Assembly: GCA_045863235.1 (NCBI GenBank)
Contig: BTUM01000062.1
Location: 1 to 48,038, forward strand
From: Candidatus Xenobia bacterium
GTDB lineage: Bacteria > Vulcanimicrobiota > Xenobia > Xenobiales > QWHO01
DNA length: 48,038 nucleotides
Reading direction: 5' to 3'
Shown here: positions 9,460 through 17,779 of the stretch, piece after piece
Layout of the letters: each line of letters opens with the position of its first letter
Position numbering within the stretch: position 1 is the first letter of the stretch
Program-made: the position numbers and the translations under genes
The notes under the pieces: generated by a model
Told to the model about the DNA's origin: nothing
The model's database searches: none
What the model saw: only the letters and a program-made list of their open reading frames with translations

Positions 9460-12331
9460 TGAATTTCATGGGGCTTCCCACCAGCAGCGGGTTGTGGCCG
9501 CCGGCGGGATCCAGTGCGTAGGCATAGAGCTCGTGCTGGGAGCCATCGAGATGCTCAGCTGGGATCTGGAACATGAAGCCGTGGTCGCCCGGGTAGCCGG
9601 TGGACTCGTTGACGTCGGAGCGGGGTCGATCCCCCCGAACCCCCCCCACGAACTCGCCCCGGCCTGCCGGGCCGTCTAGATAAAAGTGCAGGTCGATGGA
9701 CTGCTCGGGGCAATTGGGATCGAACGTCCACCCGACGGCCAGACCGCTGGGCTCAATTCGCTCCAGGTGACCGATTGGAGGGGTTGGATAGGGAACCGCG
9801 CCCACGAAGGTTCGGGGCGAGCCCGGAAGCTCGACCAGGCGCCCTCCGACCTCGGCCCTCACCACCAGGGCCTTCTTCTGGCCCGTGACGTAGGGCTTGG
9901 GGATCTGAAAGCGAAAGGCGCCCGGCCCGTCCTCGGGGCTGGGCGTGGCCAGCCCGACGAACTGGCAGATGGAGTTGCTGTCCACGTACATCCTGACCGC
10001 TACCACGCGGTCGGGCTCGGCGGGGTCCCGGGCCCAGCCCTGGACCGATCCGTCCGGTCGAATCAGCTCCAGATCCCCCTCCACCCGGGGAGCACCTTCC
10101 AACCCGGGCTGACCGGGCAAGAGCGAGCGGGCCACCACTTCCTGGAAGCCCTGATCCAGCTTCGGTCCGCCTCGAGCCGAGCGGGCCACCTCGCTGAGCA
10201 CCACCGAGGCCATCAAAGTCAGAGCCGCCGGGTCTTGATCGAAGGCCTGCAGAACGGCTTTGACGAGCGGGTCCTGGCGATTGATCCGCGGGCCGTCCCA
10301 GGAGCAGATCACGGCAGGCTCGTTGGGTCCGCTCACCAGGGAGAGATTCCAGCGCGCCATGAGAAGTTCTGAGCGGGCATCCTGCAAATGGCTCAGAAGC
10401 TCTTGCAGCTTCTCGAGAAAGCGATTCTCGACGGCGGTGGAAGCCGGCTGAGGCCGGGCTGGCTCACTTTCCTGCTGCTTGATCAGAGCCTCCTTTCCCA
10501 GCAGGCGCTCAAGCGTCTCCAGGTCGGTTTCGTCCAGGCACAGGACCTCCGGGCCGGCTTTGTGACCGGGGCTGACCCAGGCCAGGGGAGCTCTCTGGCG
10601 CAGCGACTTCACCGACTCGAAGCTCCTGCCGACTTGGAAGATGGGCAGCTCTTCCAGCCATTCCAGGTCGACCCGGGGCAGGGCGATCTGGCTCAGGCGC
10701 AGTGCCCGGGCGAGACTCTCGGCGGAGCCGGTAGCCAGGTGGGCCCAGCCTCGCAGGGACGAGCGCGAGCAGGGATTGAGGCTCTGGCTGGCCAGCTCCG
10801 TATACAGCTCGGGCAGGAGGGCCAGCCAGCATTCCATAGCCCGGACGTAGAACGCATCTCGACGCACGCCGTCAAAATCTTCCGCCGGGGTGAATGCGCC
10901 TTCCAGCACCACCTCGAGTCCGGTGAGGGGGAGAAGAAGAGGGACCTCGGGCAGTTCGCAGCCATCGAGAATGAGTCGGACCCGGGGAGAACCTCCGCTT
11001 TTACTCAACCCCACCTCTCCCCGCAGTTGCGGAGCGCTCAGCGAGCGGCGCACGGCCATTTCTCTCCCCGAGATCACGGGCTTTGCTCTCCTCTTGCTCC
11101 ACAGCCGTCGGTTGGTCTCGCGGCGCCTGCGATTGTGGATGCGCCGGGTGACGTTGCGCACCCGGTGGCGGAGCAGCTTTCGCAGCTGCTCGAAGCTGGG
11201 CCCGTCATCGAAGAGCACCAGCGGCATGCCCTCCAGCTCCAGGCCCGGATGCCTCTCGCTGGAGCTGGGAACGTCGCCAAGCTCCGCCACGACCTGCAGG
11301 ATTTGCTGCAGGGAGACGCTCTGACACTCTCCTGTGGCCGTGGCCCAGAGGTGTAGACGGGCCAGCGCCTCAGGGGCCACTGCCTCAGCAGCTTCGAAGG
11401 TGAAGATCTCCTGGCGCAACAGGGAATGCCAGTCCCAGTGCTTGACCAGCAGCAGCGGTTGTTCACAAAGACGGGCCACGGATTCGGTGCGGGCAGCCCG
11501 GTAGGCGGCCACCAGGCGCTCGTAGGTGGCATCTCGCACGATGGCGGTCTGGGAGACGTTCTCCAGCAGCTCGTCGCAGCTGAGCACGGCCTGAAAGGGG
11601 AGCACTCGCTCGGGAAGATCCACCCATTCCACCAGCACTCCGGCTCGGAGAAAACCAAGACGGGCTCGTTCGAAGAGTCGGAACCCACCCCACCCCCTGA
11701 AACCTTCCCCCTGGATCAAGACAGCTCCGTAGGGATAGTGCTCTTCCAGGGGCTGCGAGATCAAGCGCCTGTTCAATTTGATGGGAACAGGGGCCAGGGC
11801 ACAGTGCGTCTTCAGCAGGTCGCCTTCGCTCGTTTGCCCGAGCAGGCTGCGAAAGACCTCCCCCATCCGAAGGCCAGGACGATCGCGAACGTGGATGTGG
11901 GTGTGGGCACCTTCCGGTCCACGGCCCAGCACGTCCGGCTTGCCAGGACGAAGCTCCAGCCGGTTGCCTGCGCTGTCTACCCGGGCGAAGCGGGGCTTGA
12001 GCGCCATGCAAGCGCTCAAGCCCAGGCCCAGCTGACGCAAGGAGGAGTCCCCCCGGCTCTCTAACATGGCTGCCTCGGCCCGGCTCAGCTCGTCGGCCTG
12101 AAACGGGGGGCCGTCAAAGCGCATGTGCATGTCGTCCGAGTCGATGCGGAAGGCGATCTCGCTGGCGCCGCGCAATACAGCCGCCTGCACCAGCTCGAGC
12201 ACGTAGGCGTGCGGGTCAGCCAGCTGAAAGCGGCGCATCTTCTGGCGAGCCATCTCCTTGTCCAGGGTGAACTCGCCCTCGGCCACCGGTCGTCCCCCGA
12301 CCATGAGTTGCTCGATCAGCTCTTGCGACAT
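9455..12331 (-). CDS. degenerate Hsp90-like GHKL protein with two C-terminal Ig-like repeats
   Basis: FQLADPHAYVLELVQAA resembles a GHKL N-box without the Asn; FDGPPF replaces DxGxG; C-terminal repeats GWARDP and GWTFDP, each followed by YxD and GxxxFxFxIP. Confidence 0.7.
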   Translation of the reverse strand: MSQELIEQLMVGGRPVAEGEFTLDKEMARQKMRRFQLADPHAYVLELVQAAVLRGASEIAFRIDSDDMHMRFDGPPFQADELSRAEAAMLESRGDSSLRQLGLGLSACMALKPRFARVDSAGNRLELRPGKPDVLGRGPEGAHTHIHVRDRPGLRMGEVFRSLLGQTSEGDLLKTHCALAPVPIKLNRRLISQPLEEHYPYGAVLIQGEGFRGWGGFRLFERARLGFLRAGVLVEWVDLPERVLPFQAVLSCDELLENVSQTAIVRDATYERLVAAYRAARTESVARLCEQPLLLVKHWDWHSLLRQEIFTFEAAEAVAPEALARLHLWATATGECQSVSLQQILQVVAELGDVPSSSERHPGLELEGMPLVLFDDGPSFEQLRKLLRHRVRNVTRRIHNRRRRETNRRLWSKRRAKPVISGREMAVRRSLSAPQLRGEVGLSKSGGSPRVRLILDGCELPEVPLLLPLTGLEVVLEGAFTPAEDFDGVRRDAFYVRAMECWLALLPELYTELASQSLNPCSRSSLRGWAHLATGSAESLARALRLSQIALPRVDLEWLEELPIFQVGRSFESVKSLRQRAPLAWVSPGHKAGPEVLCLDETDLETLERLLGKEALIKQQESEPARPQPASTAVENRFLEKLQELLSHLQDARSELLMARWNLSLVSGPNEPAVICSWDGPRINRQDPLVKAVLQAFDQDPAALTLMASVVLSEVARSARGGPKLDQGFQEVVARSLLPGQPGLEGAPRVEGDLELIRPDGSVQGWARDPAEPDRVVAVRMYVDSNSICQFVGLATPSPEDGPGAFRFQIPKPYVTGQKKALVVRAEVGGRLVELPGSPRTFVGAVPYPTPPIGHLERIEPSGLAVGWTFDPNCPEQSIDLHFYLDGPAGRGEFVGGVRGDRPRSDVNESTGYPGDHGFMFQIPAEHLDGSQHELYAYALDPAGGHNPLLVGSPMKFS

Positions 12332-14256
12332 CGTTGCCTCCAGGTCTGCAGGGCCAGTCGGGCATCCTCCTGGGCGTCCGGGCGCAAGAAGAGCTTGAGC
12401 AGGAGGTAGGCTGCCAGGCAGGGCTCCTTCTGGCTGACTTCGAGCAGGGTCGCGAGCAACGGATGGTCCAGGTTGAGCGCAAGTTCCGCCGGACGAGAGA
12501 GCAGCCCGGCTGGCAGGCGGTCGAGCTCGCCGGTCACGGTGAGCTCGCCCGGGACCGCCTTGCCGGCAACCCGCTCGGGACTGTCAAAATGGGCCAGTCG
12601 AACCTGGGAGATTCGGGCTCCGTTGGAGCAGGCCAGCTTCTGCACGGCCGCCCGGAGAGGGGCTGCCTGCTGCTCGAGCTGCCTGTCGGCCGGGCGCGGC
12701 AAACACCAGTTCTGGGCGGCCGGCACGGGGGGCTGGTCGAACAGAGCTTCCAGCAAGGCCCAGGAACCCTCGCCTGGCCGGGCTTTGAGCACCAGGTTGC
12801 CTTGCTCCTCCAGTGCCTGGACCAGGGGCCCGGTCTCCCAGGCCGTGAGGCAGGGCCGGGCGGCCAGGGCTTCGCGCAGCGAGACTTCGGCTCCCGCGGG
12901 AGTGCGAAACAAGGTGCGCTCCAGTCTCCGGGGCTTTTGGCGCGCGCCGCCCAGAACCTCCACCTGCTCCACCCAGAGGGGATGCTGGCCGTGCCAGGAG
13001 ACCCGAAACTCGAGCTTGTTGCCCTGGAAGGCCCGAAAGGCCAGGGAGATGTCACAGGCCCGATCGCGGTGGGGGAAGTCCTCGCTCTTGAGGTTGCGCA
13101 CAATGAACTGGCAGTTGCTGGCCGCATCATACACGTCCAATTGCGCCACCTCGCCCGGAACGTCCGCCTCGCAGCGCAGGCGGAAGCGGGCCACCGAGTC
13201 GCCCGGCTCCAGATCGGCCACATAGGGGCCGTAGCAGATGTGGCAGCTGCCGTGCCGCCCCGGCACCGCCCGCCAACTGTCCCCCTCGGCTTCGCCATCT
13301 CGGTGGCTCAACTCCGCTCCTGTCCACCGGCGCCTGATGGGCCAGCCAAAGAGGGCCGTGGCGGCGGCGTAGTGCATGCCTGCATCCTGGTTCTCCTGCA
13401 GGCGTCGCTCGAGTTGCTCGAGCAACAAGTCCGGCAACTCGCCCGAGGCGATCTCGCGCACCTCGGCCATCAGGGTGGCGAAGCGGGCATCCTGAACCAC
13501 CCCGTCGCGCGCCAATGTGTGCTCGAGGAAGCGCGAGTCGATCTTCACCGCCAGCCCGGGGAGAGTGTGCTCTTTAATACTCTCGGCCAGGGTCAGGCCG
13601 CGGTTGTAGAAGCCGATGAAAGGCTTGCCATCCGCGGGGTAGCCCACCAGGATCGTGGTGCCCTTGTGGTTCCGGCGCACGGTGCAGGGACCGACGATGT
13701 CGAAGGGCTCGTTCTGCAGCTCGCCCTGGAAGAAGATCTGGCCGTCCACATGTCGACACCAGAAGCGAATCACTTCTCGTGAGCGGTCGATGAGCTGGGC
13801 GCACTCCTCGGGGGTGGCTTTCTTGTAGATGCGGATGCGGGTGCCCTCCACCGGCTCTTCACGCGCCAGGCGCACAAAGGAGCGGTCGGCCTTGAAGATG
13901 ACCCGCCAGTGGGCGCCGTCGCGCGAGGTGTCCACCACAACCGCGTCCGGATTCAGGGCGAAGACCGAGACAAAGCCGATGCCGAAGCGGCCGATCTTGG
14001 TCAGGTCCTCCTCCTTGCCCGAACTGAAGAGCCGGGTCAGGCGGGTATCGATGATCTCGGCGCTCATGCCCTCGCCGGTATCGTCCAGGGAGATCACCAT
14101 GGTGCCGTCCTGGTGCTCGACCTGGATGTCGATGCGGCGGCTGTGGGCGTCCAGCGAGTTCTGGATCAGCTCGCGATAGAAGGAAAGGGGATCGGAGAAC
14201 TGATGGACCAGAGTCTCCAGCGCTCCGCCGGCTTTGCACACCAGACTGTCGGCCAT
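12316..14256 (-). CDS. Hsp90-like GHKL ATPase with inserted beta-sandwich (CBM-like) domain
   Basis: RELIQNSLDA (N-box), DDTGEGM (G1), FSSGK, IGRFGIGF (G2), EGT; insert with YGPY..LEPG...FRL and LEFRVSW. Confidence 0.85.
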   Translation of the reverse strand: MADSLVCKAGGALETLVHQFSDPLSFYRELIQNSLDAHSRRIDIQVEHQDGTMVISLDDTGEGMSAEIIDTRLTRLFSSGKEEDLTKIGRFGIGFVSVFALNPDAVVVDTSRDGAHWRVIFKADRSFVRLAREEPVEGTRIRIYKKATPEECAQLIDRSREVIRFWCRHVDGQIFFQGELQNEPFDIVGPCTVRRNHKGTTILVGYPADGKPFIGFYNRGLTLAESIKEHTLPGLAVKIDSRFLEHTLARDGVVQDARFATLMAEVREIASGELPDLLLEQLERRLQENQDAGMHYAAATALFGWPIRRRWTGAELSHRDGEAEGDSWRAVPGRHGSCHICYGPYVADLEPGDSVARFRLRCEADVPGEVAQLDVYDAASNCQFIVRNLKSEDFPHRDRACDISLAFRAFQGNKLEFRVSWHGQHPLWVEQVEVLGGARQKPRRLERTLFRTPAGAEVSLREALAARPCLTAWETGPLVQALEEQGNLVLKARPGEGSWALLEALFDQPPVPAAQNWCLPRPADRQLEQQAAPLRAAVQKLACSNGARISQVRLAHFDSPERVAGKAVPGELTVTGELDRLPAGLLSRPAELALNLDHPLLATLLEVSQKEPCLAAYLLLKLFLRPDAQEDARLALQTWRQRCRKS

Positions 14257-14274
14257 GCTTCCCCCAACGACGTC

Positions 14275-15738
14275 TCAAGGCCGGGGAACGAAGTAGTACA
14301 TCGCACCCGTGCCCCCGGTGTGGCCCACTTCGACGTAGTTGGCCTTGAGAGCCTCCATCGCCTCGCGCGTGAAGTGGGGGCTGTTCTCTTTCCAGGTGAG
14401 CAGGATGAGGTCGAAACGGCGCTCTTCGAACTGGTCGGTCAGCAGCTTCTGATTCCACCAGCCCAGACCGCTCAGCGCGCAGTAGGTGGAGGGGTCGCAC
14501 AGCCAGCTGGTTCGGCCCAGGCAGAGGGGCAGAGCGGAGTATTCGGCCAGAAGGGGGCCGGGGTGTTGCTCGAGCATCTCCTTCAAGCGACGAGCCTGGT
14601 CGATGCGATCTTGCACCCGGGCCGGGGTCCGCCCGCTCAACACGGGCCAGACCTCCTGCTTGTATCGATCGCTGGCTGGCTCTAGATAGGTGCCGTTCAG
14701 GTCGCTCGTGAAGCCCAGCCAGAAGAGCTGGCCTGCCAGCAGCAAGGCCACGGCGCCTCGGGTGACCGGGTCGGAAGCCCAGCGCTGCACCGCCAGCGCT
14801 GCCAGCACGGCCAGAGCCAGTTGTAGCTCGAGGAAGTAGTTGTACCAGCTGAACATGCGCCCGCTCCCCAGCACGATTCCCAGGCTGGTCAAAGTGTAAA
14901 GCAAGAAGACGCGCTCGCTGCGCCAGGCTGGCAGGACTCCAAGCAGGGCCAGCCCCATCAGACAACCGGCCGATGCCGTGTAACCCTTGAGGTAGCCGGT
15001 CATCTGATGGACGTAGTAGGGGAGGGCGTTGTAGCGAAAGAGCTGGTTGAAGAGCTGCCCCTGGGAGGAAGCGTTGAGCCACAGCAGGGTCAGACCGGTG
15101 AAGAGCACGCAGAGCACGACCAGCCGCAGGGCCCGCAGCGGACGGGGCAGCCAGAGCAAGAAAATGGCTACGGGGGCGGCCAGAAACGATTGCTTGGTCA
15201 GGACGGCCATCGACAAACAGAGGGCTACGGCAGCTTCCTGAGCCAGGGGCCTGCGCCAGTCGGGCGCAGCTGCCAGCAGGCCCAGCACGGAGAACATCAG
15301 GGCCAGCGTGTCTACCCGGCAGTAGAAGCTCCAATTGAGCGTCAGGGCGTGGCCCAGGAAGAGCGCCAGGAAAGTGAGGCTGACCAACCAGCCGTGGCGT
15401 TTCTTGAGGGCCACGGCCGTGGCCGCTGCGGTCACGAGGGTGGCCAGAGCGGACAGGGCTCGGGCTGCCCCCAGGTTGGGCTGCTCGCCCTGGAGCAGGC
15501 TGGCCAGGCCGATGTAGAGGGGCGTGTAGAGGCAGGCCTGGAAGGGGGGCTCATCCAGCGAGCGGTAGAGCGGCTCGCCCTGGTGGACCTGGTAGGCCAG
15601 TTGCAGGACCGGTCCCTCGCCGAAATCGATCTCGTACGGGCCGGAAACCATCAGAGTGCCGTGCACCAGCCAGACCAGCCCGTGCATGAGCAAAGCCAGG
15701 ACAACCAGGCCGGTCAGCAGGGGGTAGCGAGGCTTCAT
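14275..15738 (-). CDS. GT-C fold membrane glycosyltransferase (ArnT/PMT-like)
   Basis: Multi-TM protein, first-loop DFGEG, YTPLY, RVD and TKQ motifs. Confidence 0.7.
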   Translation of the reverse strand: MKPRYPLLTGLVVLALLMHGLVWLVHGTLMVSGPYEIDFGEGPVLQLAYQVHQGEPLYRSLDEPPFQACLYTPLYIGLASLLQGEQPNLGAARALSALATLVTAAATAVALKKRHGWLVSLTFLALFLGHALTLNWSFYCRVDTLALMFSVLGLLAAAPDWRRPLAQEAAVALCLSMAVLTKQSFLAAPVAIFLLWLPRPLRALRLVVLCVLFTGLTLLWLNASSQGQLFNQLFRYNALPYYVHQMTGYLKGYTASAGCLMGLALLGVLPAWRSERVFLLYTLTSLGIVLGSGRMFSWYNYFLELQLALAVLAALAVQRWASDPVTRGAVALLLAGQLFWLGFTSDLNGTYLEPASDRYKQEVWPVLSGRTPARVQDRIDQARRLKEMLEQHPGPLLAEYSALPLCLGRTSWLCDPSTYCALSGLGWWNQKLLTDQFEERRFDLILLTWKENSPHFTREAMEALKANYVEVGHTGGTGAMYYFVPRP

Positions 15739-15776
15739 GGGCTTAACGCCCGTTACGCATCACGCGAATCGACTTG

Positions 15777-16253
15777 TCAGAGATCGAACACCTGGCCGGT
15801 GTTCGGGGGGGGCGTGGGCGTGCTGCTCGGGGTCGCTCCTAAAACCGGCAGCCCCATGATGTTGGTGCCTGGTGCAGGGACCAGGTTGGGATCGAGGTTG
15901 GATGGGCCCGTGACGCCGCCGGCCGTCCCCGTCCCGGTGGTTCCCCCGGGAAGCTCGGCGCCCGAGGAGCCTCCGGTTGTGCCTGTGCCTCCAGTGGTAG
16001 ACTCCGCCGCGCTTCCGCCTGAGCTGGCTCCACCGGTCGACCCTGAATTGGATTGGCTGGCCACCTGAGGGGCAACCAGCCGGATGGGGCCCGAGCTGGT
16101 GCGTTGAGGGCCGCTGGTGCCGGTGACCGACATCAAGGCCACCGTCACCAGCGAGCCGAGGCACAAGATGATGACCCCGAGAATGGTCAGAATGCGTCCG
16201 CGTTTGACCAGCTCGGCGTCGGAAGCGATTTCCCAGCGTTCTGCGCGCGCCAT
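15777..16253 (-). CDS. single-TM protein with G/S/T/P-rich exported tail
   Basis: Hydrophobic helix at about aa 20-42 followed by low-complexity sequence; 2 bp from the upstream pilin gene. Confidence 0.7.
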   Translation of the reverse strand: MARAERWEIASDAELVKRGRILTILGVIILCLGSLVTVALMSVTGTSGPQRTSSGPIRLVAPQVASQSNSGSTGGASSGGSAAESTTGGTGTTGGSSGAELPGGTTGTGTAGGVTGPSNLDPNLVPAPGTNIMGLPVLGATPSSTPTPPPNTGQVFDL

Positions 16254-16255
16254 TG

Positions 16256-16921
16256 TTATTTCCCCACGATAAAACAGGCCGTCGAGTAGGACGAGGTGTA
16301 GGACTGGCTGCCCTGCCCCTCTCGCGCCGTCACGGTGATGTTCACCATGCTGGGCGATTGCCAGGAGAATGCCAGCGTTACCGCACCATTCTGCTGTGCG
16401 CTGGCGATGATCTCCTGGGTCGAGGTCCCGGCCGTGCCGGGCCGATTCTCGCGAATGACATCCAGTCCCTGCACACGGTAGGTGATCGTCCTGTAGTTGC
16501 TGGCAGTGGTGCTGTTCCAGCCACTCTGCATGGGGTTCCAGCCCCCACCGGTGGTCGTCGGGTGAGGCTCGGTGAAGACCACCTGGGCCGCATTGCGAAC
16601 GTTGGCATTGGGCATCAGCACCCCGGTGGGAGCCACCGCCGGGCTGATGCTCATGTAACCGCGGGTAGGGTCAGCCCAGGGGATGGCCTGGCGCAGCTCA
16701 TTGGCGATGGTGCTGGTGATGAAGCGAGCATTTTGAGCCGCGTTGACCTTCTGGGCCACGCTGCCCCACTGGCGCAGAGCCATCTGCAGGCTGCCCACCG
16801 CCACCAGGCCAAAGATTCCTATGAGAAACAGGCTGACCAGCACCTCGGCCAGGGTCAGACCTCGGAGATTTGTTCGTCGCCGAAAAGATCCGCGTATCAC
16901 TGTATTTGCCTTCTTTCTCAA
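16256..16921 (-). CDS. type IV minor pilin (PilW/GspJ-like)
   Basis: Class III signal RG/LTLAEVL with E5 and hydrophobic helix. Confidence 0.85.
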   Translation of the reverse strand: MRKKANTVIRGSFRRRTNLRGLTLAEVLVSLFLIGIFGLVAVGSLQMALRQWGSVAQKVNAAQNARFITSTIANELRQAIPWADPTRGYMSISPAVAPTGVLMPNANVRNAAQVVFTEPHPTTTGGGWNPMQSGWNSTTASNYRTITYRVQGLDVIRENRPGTAGTSTQEIIASAQQNGAVTLAFSWQSPSMVNITVTAREGQGSQSYTSSYSTACFIVGK

Positions 16922-17280
16922 CGGTAGACCATGCTGGCGAGCTCAACCCGCCGTGAGCGCCCGAACTCGAGCCAGACCACCTCGACGTGCAACACCTGGG
17001 TGTTGCCGTCCGGCCCGGCAGTGCACCACCAGCGGGCGCTCGCTCCCGTGGCCAGAGCCGGCAACGGGATGGTGCCGGCAGCGTTGAAGGTGTTCTGGGA
17101 GATCAGGTTGTCCATGTGGCTCTGGGCGATGTAGAGGGCCTGACTCTGCTTGCCGGTGGTCGAGCCCTGCTTGGAGGCGGCCGGCATCAGCCCGAGCAGG
17201 GCCAGAATGGCGACCGTCAGCACCATGAACGAGATGAGCACCTCGATGATGGAGAATCCTCTGCGTCGTGTCCGTCTCAT
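16918..17280 (-). CDS. type IV minor pilin (PilV/GspI-like)
   Basis: RRG/FSIIEVL prepilin motif, 120 aa. Confidence 0.87.
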   Translation of the reverse strand: MRRTRRRGFSIIEVLISFMVLTVAILALLGLMPAASKQGSTTGKQSQALYIAQSHMDNLISQNTFNAAGTIPLPALATGASARWWCTAGPDGNTQVLHVEVVWLEFGRSRRVELASMVYR

Positions 17281-17290
17281 CGCGCGCTCC

Positions 17291-17779
17291 TTACTGCGAG
17301 ACCGTCACACCACCGGTCATCTGCTTGACCGAAATGGTGGTGGTGCGATCGGTGTTGAAGCTGCCCACCGTGATGGTGTAGTTGGTGTTCAGCCCGCCGG
17401 TGGACATATAGTTCAAGGTCAGGTCGGGGGCGCCGGTCAGCCGGATGCTTCGGTGCAGCCTTCCCGCCTGCTCGTTGGCCCCTCCGATGGTGCTCAGGGT
17501 CCAGGACCCTTCGGCACTGCCGGTGCCGCTGACGAGGGTCAGACGCACCACCGGGGTGCTGGCCGCCTGGCCGGCCGGGGGCATCCGGTTGGTGGCCGTC
17601 TGGCGGGCCAGGTTGAGGGCCGACTCGATCTCCTTGGCGGCCTTGTCCTGCTCGCGGTTGTCGATGCCGCGCCGGCCATTGAAGATGACCAACCCCAGCA
17701 CCAGCGCGAGCAGGAAGATCACCACCAGAAGCTCGACCATCGTGAATCCCTTGCGGGTTGGACGCAGGTAAGTGCTCAC
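17291..17779 (-). CDS. type IV minor pilin (FimT/GspH-like)
   Basis: RKG/FTMVELL prepilin motif; LNLARQTA helix. Confidence 0.87.
   Translation of the reverse strand: MSTYLRPTRKGFTMVELLVVIFLLALVLGLVIFNGRRGIDNREQDKAAKEIESALNLARQTATNRMPPAGQAASTPVVRLTLVSGTGSAEGSWTLSTIGGANEQAGRLHRSIRLTGAPDLTLNYMSTGGLNTNYTITVGSFNTDRTTTISVKQMTGGVTVSQ

Noticed and set aside
12316..14256. Annotation as htpG or mutL
   Set aside because: Only the GHKL domain matches; HtpG middle/C-terminal and MutL GFRGEAL signatures are absent
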